Origin: Azolla caroliniana
Lineage: Eukaryota > Plantae > Polypodiophyta
Reading direction: 5' to 3'
Assembly (NCBI GenBank): GCA_043228905.1
Contig: JBHGNT010000003.1
Span: forward strand, 14,012,001-14,076,000
Length of the DNA: 64,000 nucleotides
Part shown: positions 12,901 through 25,096 of the stretch, piece by piece
How positions within the stretch are numbered: the stretch's first letter is position 1
Layout: each line of letters starts with the position of its first letter
Made by a program: the position numbers and the translations under genes
Notes under the pieces: generated by a model
Database searches by the model: none
What the model saw: only the letters and a program-made list of their open reading frames with translations
What the model was told of the DNA's origin: nothing

Positions 12901-14490
12901 CGGTGGCGGCGGCAAGGCGGGACCCCGAAGGCAGAAGGGGAGGTCCCACGAAGATCCTCACACCGATCCGACGGTCGGCCCGAGTACCGGCGAGAGTCCT
13001 ATAGGAAAGGATAGTGGCGGCAGGTGAACGTGATCGGATGACGGGAAGTAGAGCGAAAGGAGGTATGAGGCCGGCGAGGCGGCCACGAACCGGATATGGG
13101 CCCGACTGACAGATTCGGAAAGATAGAGATCGGATGCGCTTGGTACGAGAGTCGATGACCCTACAAAACAGAGGCCCGAGAAGGATCCTTCACACCTGCC
13201 CGGAGATCCCGGTTGTTTGGCCGACGTGGCAACGTGAGACCGAGGATAATGGAAGGTGGCGGGAAGGGGACGAAGGCGACGGACGACAAGGAACGGCAAC
13301 CAAGACGACGCGAAGATCCACGGAGGTTAAGCGGGCCATCACGGGTACTCCTCGGACGGAGGACACTGCGTAGCCAAAGGAATGAGAAGGGTGCATGCAG
13401 GCGAAAGACGGGCTCACGGGGAAGCACGCGTACTACGGGGACGCGGCGGATGACCTATTGATGGGTCGAACGAGCCTACGGAGAGGCCAGCGCGAAGGAT
13501 GAACCGGAGCCGACGGTTCATACCGGCAGCGGCCGACGCGGCAAGCCGGGATGCCGGTCACGGAGGACCGGTTTCTCACTGGCCCGAATCTTTCACCTTT
13601 CTCCAGACTTGGCACGTACCGGTGGACGTGCGGTTTGGTGGGGCCGGATGTCGTGAAGATTCCGGGCCATAGTGAGAAACTAGGGGGATATCGGAAGAAT
13701 CGAGGGAGTGCACCATGTGCACTTACCCTTGTAAAAACGTGTGAATAATAGGAGTTAAGTCGGGACAGAGGATCCCATGTAAGTCAGAATTTATCCCACA
13801 TTGTTACGCATCCCTCTCCTTGTTCTATAAAAGGAGGGGAGCGCCCTTTGTGAAGGGGTTGCCCATTTTGAGTTAGGAGGGTATACCACTTAGGTCTAGG
13901 GTTTGGTAGAGTTCTTCCTCTTCATCTTATTCTTGTTCCATTAGGGTTTGTACTTTGGTCTTCACCCTCTTTCGTTTTAGGGTTTTGTCTTGTCTTCTTC
14001 TTCTTCTTCTGCCCCTTGTGAAGAGCTTGGATGTTATGTGGGGGTTTACTTCTATTGAGGGTTTTAGCCCGGTGAAGAGCTTGGATGTTATGTGGGGGTT
14101 TACTTCTACTCGGCCTCTTGTGCAAGACCCCGCTCGGCGCGACGAGCCCGAGAGCTCCCCGACGGCGGCTTGGCGGCAGACTGCTGTTGTGACCTAGCCT
14201 ACCTTAGTCCGGCTCGGAGCCGTAGTTGTAACTCACTCTTGTAATCATGTATATAAAGGGTTGTGCATATTTGTGTCTCTGTTTATTGTCGGGTGCATTT
14301 CTTTTCTTTGTTTCCTGTGTGTATAAGAGTCGGTATCGCGTGCATGTTCTCTCTCTCTTCTCTCTCTCCCTCTTGTGTTTGGTTGCCTCCGGGCCGTGTC
14401 CGGAGTCGGTTTTATCGACATCCCTTTCTCCCTCGTCCGAGACCCCCGTGGTCCCGCCCTTTCGACACGCACGCGCGTAATAACGCGACA
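9957..14490 (+). mobile_element. Non-autonomous gag-only LTR element C with tRNA-Trp PBS
   Basis: 5' LTR 9957-10372 (internally deleted) and 3' LTR 13649-14490, termini T(G/A)TCG...CGACA. PBS TGGTGAACCCGACGTGAA at 10377-10394. gag-like frame ~10410-11265 with stops; no pol motifs. 4-bp TSD ACGT/ACTT splits the B gag peptide MEIDTT|RRRGP. Confidence 0.88.
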
Positions 14491-15330
14491 ACTTGTAGTG
14501 TCAATTTCCATCGGAGTTGGAGTATTAACTAGAGACGCATTATATGACTTGCTTGGAAAAGGTTTTGCTACCACTGAGGCGTAGGTGGGCTTTGATCTTT
14601 CCCTTGGCATCAGGAATTGACGTTCGAAAAGACGGTTGTCGCATCTCACCGCGTGACTGATTGCTTCTATCAATGACTTTGGTTCTTTGGGGAAGGTCAA
14701 GAGTAAATCCTTGACATCATTACGTAGACCATAACGAAATTGCTCCATAAGTGCTTGGTCATCCCAAGGGATATCAGAGGCGAGTAGGCGGAAATCTGCA
14801 ACATATGCGGAGGCTGGATGATGACCTTGACGTAGTCGTCTGATCCTGTTGATTGTTGTCCTTATGTTGTCAGTATCTCCAAAATAGGCTTTAAACTCAC
14901 TGAAAAACTCTTCAAAATTGTTTAGTAAAAGAGATTCCTTTTCTAACAACGGAGCGAACCATGCCAAAGCTGAGCCACTTAACAATGTGCCTACTAAACC
15001 CACACGTGATGCATCGTTGGGATATCGGGAAAGATGCATTTTAATGACTAATTGTACCTGATTAAGGAATCCTCTAAACTGCGATCGTGTTCCATCAAAT
15101 TTCATGGGAAGGCAGATCTTGGGTTCTTTATGAACCCCTTGCATACTGGGTCCTTGTTGTTGCATCGCGACTATGATTGCTTCGAGCTGTTGCACGCGTA
15201 ACACTAGTTCCCCATGTTGTTGCGTCTATTGCTTCTCTAAGGAGATTTGTTGAAGATCCCCCAATAGTTGTTGATTTTCTTGTTTCAATGCGAGAAACTT
15301 CTCTTTCAAGCATTGCAACTCTGAAAAAAT
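14491..15330 (-). pseudogene. Gag of Gypsy B (Ty3/PEG10-like capsid)
   Basis: EPKICLP.KFDGTRSQFRGFLNQ, LLSGSALAWF, LRQG, FRYGL, PMEID. Confidence 0.9.
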
Positions 15331-16518
15331 GGATTGATATTCTTGAGCTCTTCGATCTGTCTCCCCGATCTGGCCGGTTGTTTCTAGATACCATTCGGAT
15401 GCCGATCTGGATCCAGTTGAGCTTGCTCGCTCAACACTCCCCCTCAAGCTCAACTTGAGGTCGGATCGTGGTGTCAGTGTCTGTAGTAGCCGGTCCTTTC
15501 CTCCGGTTTCTTCTAACGTCCACCCGCCTTGCTCGCGCTCCTCGTCCGGTTTGGTTCTTCTTCCCATGACCCGTCCGGTACCGGGCACCTCGACCTCCTT
15601 GGTTGGTTTGTCTGCTCAACAGGCCCATTTAAGCTCCTTCACAGTTATGACTCCGACGCTTGTTGATCCATCGTTTCCTCCGTGTCGGTGTTGACTTCCG
15701 TTGCCTTCTCTTCCGCTTGGCCTTTAGTTGATCCGGCTTCTCCGAATCCTGAAACGAATCGGCTTCCTCCGATTTGTTCCACCTCTTGTCCGAGTTGGTA
15801 GTCTCCAACTCGTCTTCCGTTTTTAGGCCCTTCACCACATCGGACCACGTTCGGGTCTTGGCCTTCTTCCGGTCGGCTCTGTCCTTCTTGACTCTACCGC
15901 TGTTGCCGCTTGCTTCGACTTATTTGGATGTGCCGACTCCAATGGTTGACTTGGCCTTCTTTTTGTGGTTATCTCCCCCCTTGGTTCTTCCTTTCTCTCT
16001 GGCTCCTTGTCCATTGCCATCCATTCTTGTTCTTGTTCTCCCCCTCAAGTGCAACACATCGAGATGCTGAACGCTGAGCATTTCGGTGAAGTGTTGCAAC
16101 TTGTCCGATCCGAGCAGCTTGGTGAAGATGTTGGAAACCTGCCAATCCGTGTGAACATACCGAAGTTCAACTTCACCGCTCAGGACCCGCTTGCGAACAA
16201 AGTGATAATGCACTTCTATGTGCTTTGTCTGAGCATGGAATACAGGGTTCTTGGTGAGCTGAATGCTGCTCATGTTGTCACAGTAGATCAGGATCGGGGT
16301 CGGTACCTCGATCCGGAGGTCATGCAACAGTCGCCGAAGCCAAATGGCTTCAGAGGTGGCATTGGTAGCGCCCCGATACTCAACCTCAGTGCTCGACAGA
16401 GCCACTATCGGTTGTTTTTTGTTGCTCCACGCAACAACCACACTACCTAGATAAAACATGTAACCAAAGGTGGATCAACGATCCGATGCATCACCAACCC
16501 AATCAGCATCGGTATATG

Positions 16519-17359
16519 CATAGAACGTAATATTCGTGTTCGTGCAAGCATTCCAACGTTTGGAAACGAACATGTTTGAAATGGGAAAAATACGTGCTCC
16601 TTTTTTTCCATTTGTTATCATTACAATTTAGCTCACTCTAGTGGTAAGGAGTCATGCTATTGCTGTCTATGTCTTGGGTTTGATTCCCAATTTTCTCTTC
16701 TCTCTCTTTCATTAGTACCATGTCATAGCAAAATTTTATGTTAGTGTTATAATACTTTTTTTCTTTTAATTTTTTATTATTACAACTAAGCACAACCTAG
16801 TGGTAAGTTGTTGTGCTACTATTACTTGTGTCTTGGGTTCAATTCTTAACTTTCTCATATCCCCTTGTTAGTGTCATGGCAAAATTTTATGTTAGTGTCA
16901 TGTTCCTTTTTCTTCTTTTTCTTTCTTTCTTTCTTATTAGAAATTAGCTCACTCGAGTGGTAAGTTGTTATGCTACTACTGCCTATGTCATGTTTTCTTC
17001 ATATTCTCATATATACATTTTATGAGTTTTTGAACATTTGACTATAATTTATAATGAAATATTTTGATTCAATCTCTATAGTTCATACTCATTTTTTTGT
17101 AAAGTTCTAAAGTGAGGATGATAGAGATGTCTTGATTCGCATCCCAAAAGTATGCATGTGATACAATGCAAATATTGCAACCATACTTATGTTGGTGGTT
17201 CACAATGGATTAGAGTCCACTTATTAGGATTGAGAGTGAATCAATATATAATATAGACCCTAGTCAATCCAATCCAACTTTGAGATGATTTACCATACAC
17301 GTTTGATTGAATCATTCTCGAATGCGAATGCACGTATGATGCGTATGGTTCATTCTATG
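16519..17359. mobile_element. hAT-type MITE (841 bp) carrying three tandem tRNA-like modules
   Basis: TIR CATAGAACG / CATTCTATG; 8-bp TSD GGTATATG / GGTATATC. Splits the Copia peptide LVGY|TDADW. Same family as 2557-2793. Confidence 0.85.
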
Positions 17360-20263
17360 GGTATATCCGACTAGCTTCCTAGTTATATCATGTCGGTATA
17401 ACAGTCCCCGGTCCTTCGTGCCGTTAACATACCGGAGTATCCGGTGTGCGCATTGAAGGTGCTCGACGGTCGGCTTCTCCATGAACTGGCTGATCACTCC
17501 GACCGGGTAACTGATGTCGGGTCGAATGATTGTCAAGTATATGAGGCTTCCGACAATTTGTCGGAACCATTTCTCATCACAGGCCAGGCCAGAGTCAGGA
17601 TGTAGCTTCAACTTTCGGTCTAGGGGTGTAGAGATCGGTTGGCATTCCGTCATGCCGAACTTGTACAACATATTCAACACATAATGGTGGTTTGAGAGAA
17701 ATATGATGTGAGGGGTCCGGATCACCTCGATCCCAAAAAAATAATGAAGGTCCCCCAGGTCCTTCATTTCAAATGCGTCTAACATCTGGGACTTCACTCG
17801 GCTGATTTCATTGAGTCCGGGTCCGGGTCCGGTGATGACTAAATCATCTACATAAAGCAAAATACAAACCGGACCGTTCGGACCGTTCCAGATGAACAAT
17901 GAAGAGTCGAACTTTTAGGCCGCAAACTCCATCTTATGCAATCAGTGCGTGATCTTTGCATTCCAAGCTGGAGGGTCTTGATTCAGACCGTAAAGCGACT
18001 TCTTGAGTTGGCACACTACCGACTTGTTCATCTCTGATTGGAAACCGGGGGGTTGGATCATATAGACCCGTTCTTCAACATCACCTTGAAGAAATGCATT
18101 CTTCACGTCCATTTGGTGAAGATGCCACCTCCTTGCCGTAGCAACCACCAGTACTACACGAACCGTTGTCATCTTCGCTACCGGAGCGAAGGTCTCGTCA
18201 TAGTCAATTTCGTGAGTCTGTGCGTATCCCTTCGCTACTAACCGGGCCTTGTACCGGTTAACCGAATTTTCGGCATTGTACTTCACCTTATACACCTACT
18301 TACATCCGATCGGTTTACAGTGTCGAGGAGGGTCAACGAGGTCCCATGTGCCGTTGGCATTGAGTGCCCGCATTCTTTCCTCCATAGCGGCACGCCAATT
18401 TGCATCCTTTGCCGCTTCTGCGTAGCTCTCCAGCTCACACACTTCTGCCACCTTAGTCATGTACGCATAGTGATGCGCCATGTACTCATTGTACCCGTAC
18501 CTCATGAAGGTTTTCTTTTGATGGGTTGACCGGCGTAACTTTTCGTTACCCGGTTTGAGGCCCTTCTTGGCCGGCTTGGACTTCCTTTTTGAAGATCCGC
18601 CTTCTCCCTTTCCGGGGTTAGATCCGCTCCGATCCGACCCTTCACCGCCGGTATCGTATTCCAGCATCTTCTTCTTCCCCTTCTCGTTGCGTGTGAACCG
18701 TCTCGTTGGTTCCTTGCACGGGGAGAGTACAACAGAGTCTCCACTACTCATTAGTTCTTCATCCGACTGGTCATCCCGACTCAACCGCTCATTCGGCCCA
18801 CTTAGCCGGAATGAGATCAGACTCTCTTCTAGAGTGTTGAAGTCTTCATCTTCTTCTTGGACCTCCTCGGGCTCACTAGCCTCATCTTTCGGAATCAGGT
18901 ATTCGTCGGGAGTTGGAGTCGGTAGGGAGTACCATGATGCCGACTCATCAAACTCGACATCTCGGCTTACTCGTACCTATTTAGTCCAGGGGTTATAATA
19001 CTAATACCCCTTATGCTCATGCAAGTAATCGACTAGGATGCACTTCTCCGACTTTGGATCTAGCTTCCTCCGCTTCTCATCCGGTACATGCACATATGCT
19101 ATGATATTGAATATCCGAAGGTGCCTCAAATTCGGCTTCCGCCCGAAATACAGCTCATGTGTTGACACCTTGTCCCCAATTTGGTTTTGGATGTAGATAG
19201 CTGTTCGGACCGCCTCAGCCCAGCAGAATTGGGGCATGCTCTTCTCCTCCAACATTGCCCTTGCCACGTCGACAATCGATCGGTTCTTCCTTTCGGCCAC
19301 ACCATTTTGCTCCGGTGTGTATCTGCAGCTAAATTCTCTCTGAATTCCGTTCTGTTGTAGATAACTGTTGCATTGGACGGAAAAGTATTCTTTTCCACCA
19401 TCCAACTGCAAGCACTTGATCTTCCTCTCTGTGTCCCGTTCAACTAAACTTTGCAAGTTCCGGAAACATTTGAAGACTTCGCTCTTCCGTTCGATGAGCT
19501 AGATCCACGTGTGCCGACTGTAGTCATCTAATTAAGGAGACGAAATACGGACTCCTGCCAAGACTACAGTTCTGTGTCGGTCCCCATACATTCGAATGGA
19601 TTAAGTCGAGCTTGTTATGACTCTGGTTTCATTCGGTGGGGAATGGAAGCCGATGTTGCTTCTCGAGTTGGTAGGCTTCACAAATTTCGGCCTTCCGACC
19701 GCTAAATTTCGGCAAACCGAAAACAACTTGTTTCGATTGTAGGTCCTGAAGCCTCCAGTAGTTGACTTGGCCGATCCGCTTGTGCCACAAGTCGATGTCC
19801 GACTCAACCTTCTGCCCTTTCGCAAACATAGCGGTGCCGATGTCATTTGTGTTGAGGATGAACATCCTCCCTTCTCTGCGCCCTTGCGTGATTATCCGGC
19901 CTTCTTCCTCGATGAAGCACCCGAGGTGCGTAAACCACACCTGCATTCCCTGGTCGACGATTTGTCCAACCCACACTAGGTTCTTTGTGATTGTTGGAAC
20001 ATGTAGTACGTTCATCAGTTTCCCCTTCTGTCCGACATGGCTTAAAGAGACTTCTCCGACATGCACAATCGAGTGAGGGGTGTCGTCTCCAGTTTCGACA
20101 ATCCCCGATTATTCCAGTTTTTCCAAAAAAGAGAACCACTCTTCATGGCTCGTCATGTGGTTGGACGCTCCGGAATCAACGTACCATACTTCCTCCGATT
20201 TGGAAGTATTCTTCTTCATCGAGTTAGCCTTGTGCTTCATCACGAAGGCTGGCCCTTTACCAG

Positions 20264-21192
20264 TGTCGTGCCTTTTGGCTCCGGATCGTTTGCGTGAGTC
20301 GGGTGGGAACCACTGGGGTTTTGGACTAGGAGGAGGAAGAATTTGAGACAGTTTATGGTTATGGACAGATTATTAGAAAGATAGGTAAGTTATGAATCTC
20401 GTGAATCCCACGAGTTTAGTGTATTTAATCAATATTTAGATAGTAAGAGACAATTTCGATCACAAATTCGTGAATCCCACGAATATATTATATTAATCGG
20501 TGGTGTTTTAGGAAATATATCCAATTTCCCAAATATTTTTCACACTCCCATTACATTGTGCTCCTCATCCTTATATAGTGATGAGAGAGTCTTCACAATC
20601 CATACCTTTTTCTCTAACTATAGACTATATGCTTTATCTAACTTTAGTTTTCATGCACATGATTAGCTTTCTATCCCATCTTTTCTTTTAACTTGAGTGT
20701 GTATGCATGAATAACTTTTTGTACCATGCATATCTATAATATTTGCATGGGATGAAGTTTAGTATAACTTTACAATTCATAATATGCTAGTATAGTAGTA
20801 AGGCTTAAAATTCGTTAACATGGAGGTACAGGGTTCGAATCCTGCCCTATGCATGTAATATATATTCTTATACTTTCTTCTATTTACAAATATGTATCTT
20901 TATCCAGTGAGAGACTCTCACCGGCCTTCTTCATCCGGCTCTTGCCGGGTCTGCTTCATCCGGTTCTCATCGGTTTTCTTTATCCGGTTCTTACCGGGTC
21001 CTCCTTACCGGTCCTCTTCGTCCATTTCTCACCGACTCTCACCGGCCTTCTTCATCCGGCTCTTGCCTTCATCCGGTTCTAACCGGTTCTCCTTACCGGG
21101 TCCTCCTTATCGGTTCTTCCTTGCTGATTTCTCCTTCATCCGTAGGAACAAAAATGCAATTTTTCACGTAGTGTACGAAATACATTACGACA
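20264..21192 (-). mobile_element. Solo LTR (929 bp)
   Basis: Termini TGTCGT...ACGACA; 4-bp TSD CCAG/CCGG; TATA on minus strand ~20570; CCGG-rich short repeats 20920-21120. Interrupts Copia D between gag and protease. Confidence 0.85.
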
Positions 21193-23223
21193 CCGGTCTT
21201 CCCGGTTCCGGATCCTTTCGATCCTTTTGCATAGTGCGAGCTTTGCCAGTTCCCTTGTCCAACCCTGCCGGATCCGGATTTATCCGAATTGGCGTGCTTC
21301 TTCCAACACTCGCTTTCCCTGTGGCCCTTTTTGCCACATTATCAGCATTACGTGTCTGCTTTTGACTGCCGGTTTTCGGCTCCGACTTGATTCCCCCTGC
21401 TTGTGGAGGGTCCGGAATTGCTGTCGGCATTGTCTTGCCAGCCGCCTCCATTGCGTGCCGACCCACCTCGTCCACCACATCCATGGAGCCGATTTGTCTC
21501 TGTGTATAGCATCCGCCGTCCGATTGAGTGGTCCTGGACCCACTCACGTGGTTTTCTTCGATCATCATCATTGATTGCAAGTTGAAGAAGGATGGTGGCT
21601 TCTCTCGAGTGCCGATTGCTGTCCGGATTGGTCCGCACCTTTGCGCTAGAACACCGAGGCAGATTTGGACCATCTCGTCTTCGTCCACTGTCACGCTGAT
21701 GGACCCGAGTGTGTCACAAATCTCCTTTATCTTGGTGGTGTAATCCGTAACCGACGTGTCTCTTTGCCAGATGTTGTTCAGCTCCTACCGGAGCTGCAAC
21801 TTACGGGTTGTGGTACTCGCGGCGAAAATCTTCCGTAGATTTTCCTAGGCCTTCAAAAAAGGACCGACAAAAGTACTATGTACAAGTCCTCAAAAAAGGA
21901 CCGACAAAAGTACTATGTACTTCAATGCTCATACTAACGACTGACACTAACTATGAGACAATGATTACCTAGTAGTCTAGGCTACTACTAGGCTTCCGGT
22001 TCGCACTTGAATCCGGCTCTTCGATCCAGCCGGTTGTTTCCGGATACCATCTGATACCGATCCAACTCATCCTTCCGGATGCCGATCCAGATCCGGTTGA
22101 GCTTGCTCGCTCAACAAAAAGATATATATTATGTTAAGAGAATATACAATAGTAGCTAGGAGGCTTAAGACTGGTGTTGAACCGATTTGGTTCAAAATAA
22201 TGCCTTGTGCCTCCTTTTATAGTGTTCTCAGGAGTACTCCTGAAGTTGCTAGAATGTTCTAGAGAAATCTAGAATATACATCAACTTTCTATAGTAAAAC
22301 TTAAATGAAAATAATATTTTTTGTATTATAACATATAGTCTAATGGTTAAGAGCTTGACCCATGTAACATAAGATCATGGGTTTGAGTCTTGTCATATCA
22401 TGACAGAACCGAGGCAACACAAGCTTTAATGAACCTCTCTAGTAGGAAGTTTTCCGAATATTCACGTTTATAATATTGATAACGTCTCGGGTCAATTGAC
22501 ATATTTTGAACAACAACAACTCGATAAAATCTTAAATGATTTTCATGATGTTTTTCTGAGTGAACTACCACATGGGTTACCTCCTAAACGTAATATAGAC
22601 CATCGTATAGATATTGTTCTTGGCGTTGCACCAATAAGTATACCTCCTTATCGCTTAAGTCGATCTGAAGAGGATGAGGTATCTAAGCAACTCAAGGACT
22701 ATTTACAAATGGGTTATATATGTTATAGTAAATCTCCATGGGGTGCACCTGTTCTCTTGGTAAAAAAGAAAGAGGGCACATGGCGTATGTGTATTTATTA
22801 TCGACACTTGAATAAAGTGACGGTCAAGAATTCATATCCATTGCCTCGAACTGACGATCTAATTGACTGTCTCCAGGGAGCTCGGTATTTTATGAAACTT
22901 GATCTCCATATGGGCTACCATCAAATTCGTATAAGTGAGGACGATGTTCCTAAACCGGCATTTCGTATGCGCTATGGCCATTATGAGTTTTTGGTTATGC
23001 CTTTTGGTTTGACCAATGCTCCGGCCACATTTCAACAAGAAATGAATGACATTTTCCGAGAACAACTTGGAAAATTTGTCGTTATTTTTTTGGATGATAT
23101 TCTAGTTTATAGTCGTACATTAGAAGAACATGCTAAACATGTCTGCTTTGTTTTACAAACATTGCGCGACAAAAAGTTTTACGCGAAGATCTAAAAATGC
23201 GAGTTCTTCAAGAAATCAATTAC

Positions 23224-24004
23224 TGTTGGGAGACAGGTCCCTCTGGATGGGAAGGGAGAAGATCAGTGCCTATGAACAAACTCGGCCGAGGCCGAGACCG
23301 GATGAGGAGTACCCGGCTACGGAGGGCCGGATGGTGCAGACCCGGTATGAACCGGATGAGGAGTACCCGGCTACGGAGGGCTGGATGGTGCAGACCCGGT
23401 ATGAACCGGATGAGGAGTACCCGGCTACGGAGGGCCGGATGGTGCAGACCCGGTATGAACAAACTCGGCCTCGGCCGATAGGCCTCGGCCGAGACCGGAT
23501 GAGGAGTACTCGGCTATGGAGAACCAGATGAAGAGACATATTCGTAAATATGTTTCCTGATAGTCCATCGAGGCTATATTTGTAAATAGCTGAAAAGTCA
23601 TATTAGTATAAATATGACTTAGGGCAAACTAGAAAAAAAAAAGTGAGAACAGTTGTTGTTACTTTCTTGTTGGTGCAAGAAGAAGAAGAGAGAGTACGTA
23701 ACGTTGTACAGAGAGAGAGAGAGAGAAAGAGGTTGCTGCCTCTGTTGTAACTGCCGCCTGTGGCGAAGATCGTGAGTCCGAGGTCGTTGCCTCCGTGAAC
23801 TCACTGTTTTGTACATTCTTACATAGTGACAGTTTGCAGCTTGTGGGCTGCCGTGGTTTTTCCCCTAGTTTGGGGTTTTCCACGTAAACCTCCTGTGTAT
23901 CTTCCTCTTCTTTTGTGTCGTGTTCTATTTCCCGTTTTTCTGTGTATCATCCTAAGCTTGGTTGTGGCCGAGAGTTGCGCATAAGGAACGACCAGTTCCC
24001 GACA
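23224..24004 (+). mobile_element. Solo LTR (781 bp), related to the Copia F LTR
   Basis: TGTTGGG...CCCGACA; perfect 5-bp TSD ATTAC; internal 54-bp tandem repeats (gaaccggatgaggagtacccggctacggaggg...). Interrupts RT of A. Confidence 0.9.
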
Positions 24005-24208
24005 ATTACTTATCTTGGACATCTCATAACCGAACGAGGAGTTGAAATTGATCCTTCTCACATCAAGAAAATCAAACTTTGGCCCACTCTTTGGATTATT
24101 CGAGAAGTTCGATCATTCCTTGGTTTTGTCAGGTTTTTGCGAAAACCCCTTCGTAATTACTCCCAGTTGACGACGCCGTTTACTGATCTTCTAAAAGGTC
24201 GAACGCGT

Positions 24209-25096
24209 TGTCGTGAAGAATGTGCTTCACGATATAAAAATGAGCTTAAATGTTGTATTTGATAATATTTGAGAGACTTGAACCCACATCCTTATATACG
24301 ATGTACAATGTACATACCACTAGGCTAGGCTATTTATTTGTAAAAGTGTGTAATAAATGTGCTTCATGATATAAGAATGAAGCTATATATTGTATTAAGT
24401 AAAATTGAGGGACTTGAACCCTCAACCTTGTATACCAAGCACCAAGCATACACCACTAAGCAAGGTTAGTTATTTTAGAATGCATTTTCATCATTATAAT
24501 TATCTCGTATCTATTTTCATACATAGCCATCATTCATCACATGCAATGCACGTGCGCCAAATGGCGATCATGCATTACATGTAACTCATGCATTGCATGC
24601 ATGCCATGCTCCCATACATTACCATATGCATGGCAACACTTATATAAAGAGGGGAAAGGGAAAACAAGGAGGGGAATCAAGAGAAAGTTAGAGAAATAAG
24701 ATAATAAAAAAAACAAACAAGTTAGCTTGTTGGTGAAGAGGCTCGTGTTTCCAAGTTGGAGTCAAGAGTTCGAATCAAGGGTCGGTAGAGAAAGGGTTCA
24801 TCTTGCTCCCAAACATTGTAAAGTTGGTAAAATCTTGTATTCGTAATACACATCATGTTCATATCATATACTTTTTTGTCTTAAATCATACTTTGTCTCT
24901 ATCTTGCGTCTTGAATCATACATTGCCTCTATCTTTTATCTATACTAGTCTCTCTCTCACACATATTATTTTAAACTATTATTCTTCATATCCTTTATCT
25001 TCCTAACATTTGAGCGCAAGCCTTATAAAAGTTCCTTCAACTCCCCTTAACCTTAGTCCCTGCGACTTCGCCGCACGAACCACAACTACCCCGACA
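24209..25096 (+). mobile_element. Solo LTR (888 bp) with tRNA-like modules
   Basis: TGTCGTG...CCCGACA; 4-bp TSD GCGT/ACGT; TATATAAA at ~24641. Removing it restores LLKGRTR|KSTKPIVWN in A. Confidence 0.87.

Larger units (their letters stand above)
15345..22116 (-). mobile_element. Copia element D (decayed), inserted in the 5' LTR of B
   Basis: LTR starts TGTTGAGCGAGC at 22116 and 15436 (minus strand); both LTRs are truncated by deletions. PPT at 15437-15446. gag 21193-21855, protease VDSGASNHM ~20170, GAG-pre-integrase WHKRIG, integrase 19001-19600, RT (YKARLVAKG, YVDD) 17360-18300, RNase H (TKHIEVHYHF) 16020-16518. Confidence 0.92.
6276..22405 (-). mobile_element. Gypsy element B (Tcn1-like chromovirus) inserted in gag of A
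   Basis: LTR 6276-6708 and partial LTR 22117-22405; 5-bp TSD GAACC (6271-6275 / 22406-22410). gag 14491-15330 plus 9624-9956 (CLYC knuckle), protease 8693-9082, RT/RNase H 6893-8650, then an integrase Zn-finger fused to a chromodomain tail (EDFHRQYPDK). Confidence 0.92.

Noticed and set aside
10092-13748. Dozens of overlapping ORFs on both strands
   Set aside because: Expected in GC-rich, stop-poor TE sequence; only the gag-like frame has recognisable features.
14245-15204. Domesticated PEG10/RTL1-like gene, or a gag-LTR fusion protein
   Set aside because: It is the gag of element B reading by chance into the LTR of C; the element is otherwise decayed.
6638-24780. Functional tRNA genes
   Set aside because: No acceptor or anticodon stems can be formed; only A/B boxes are retained.
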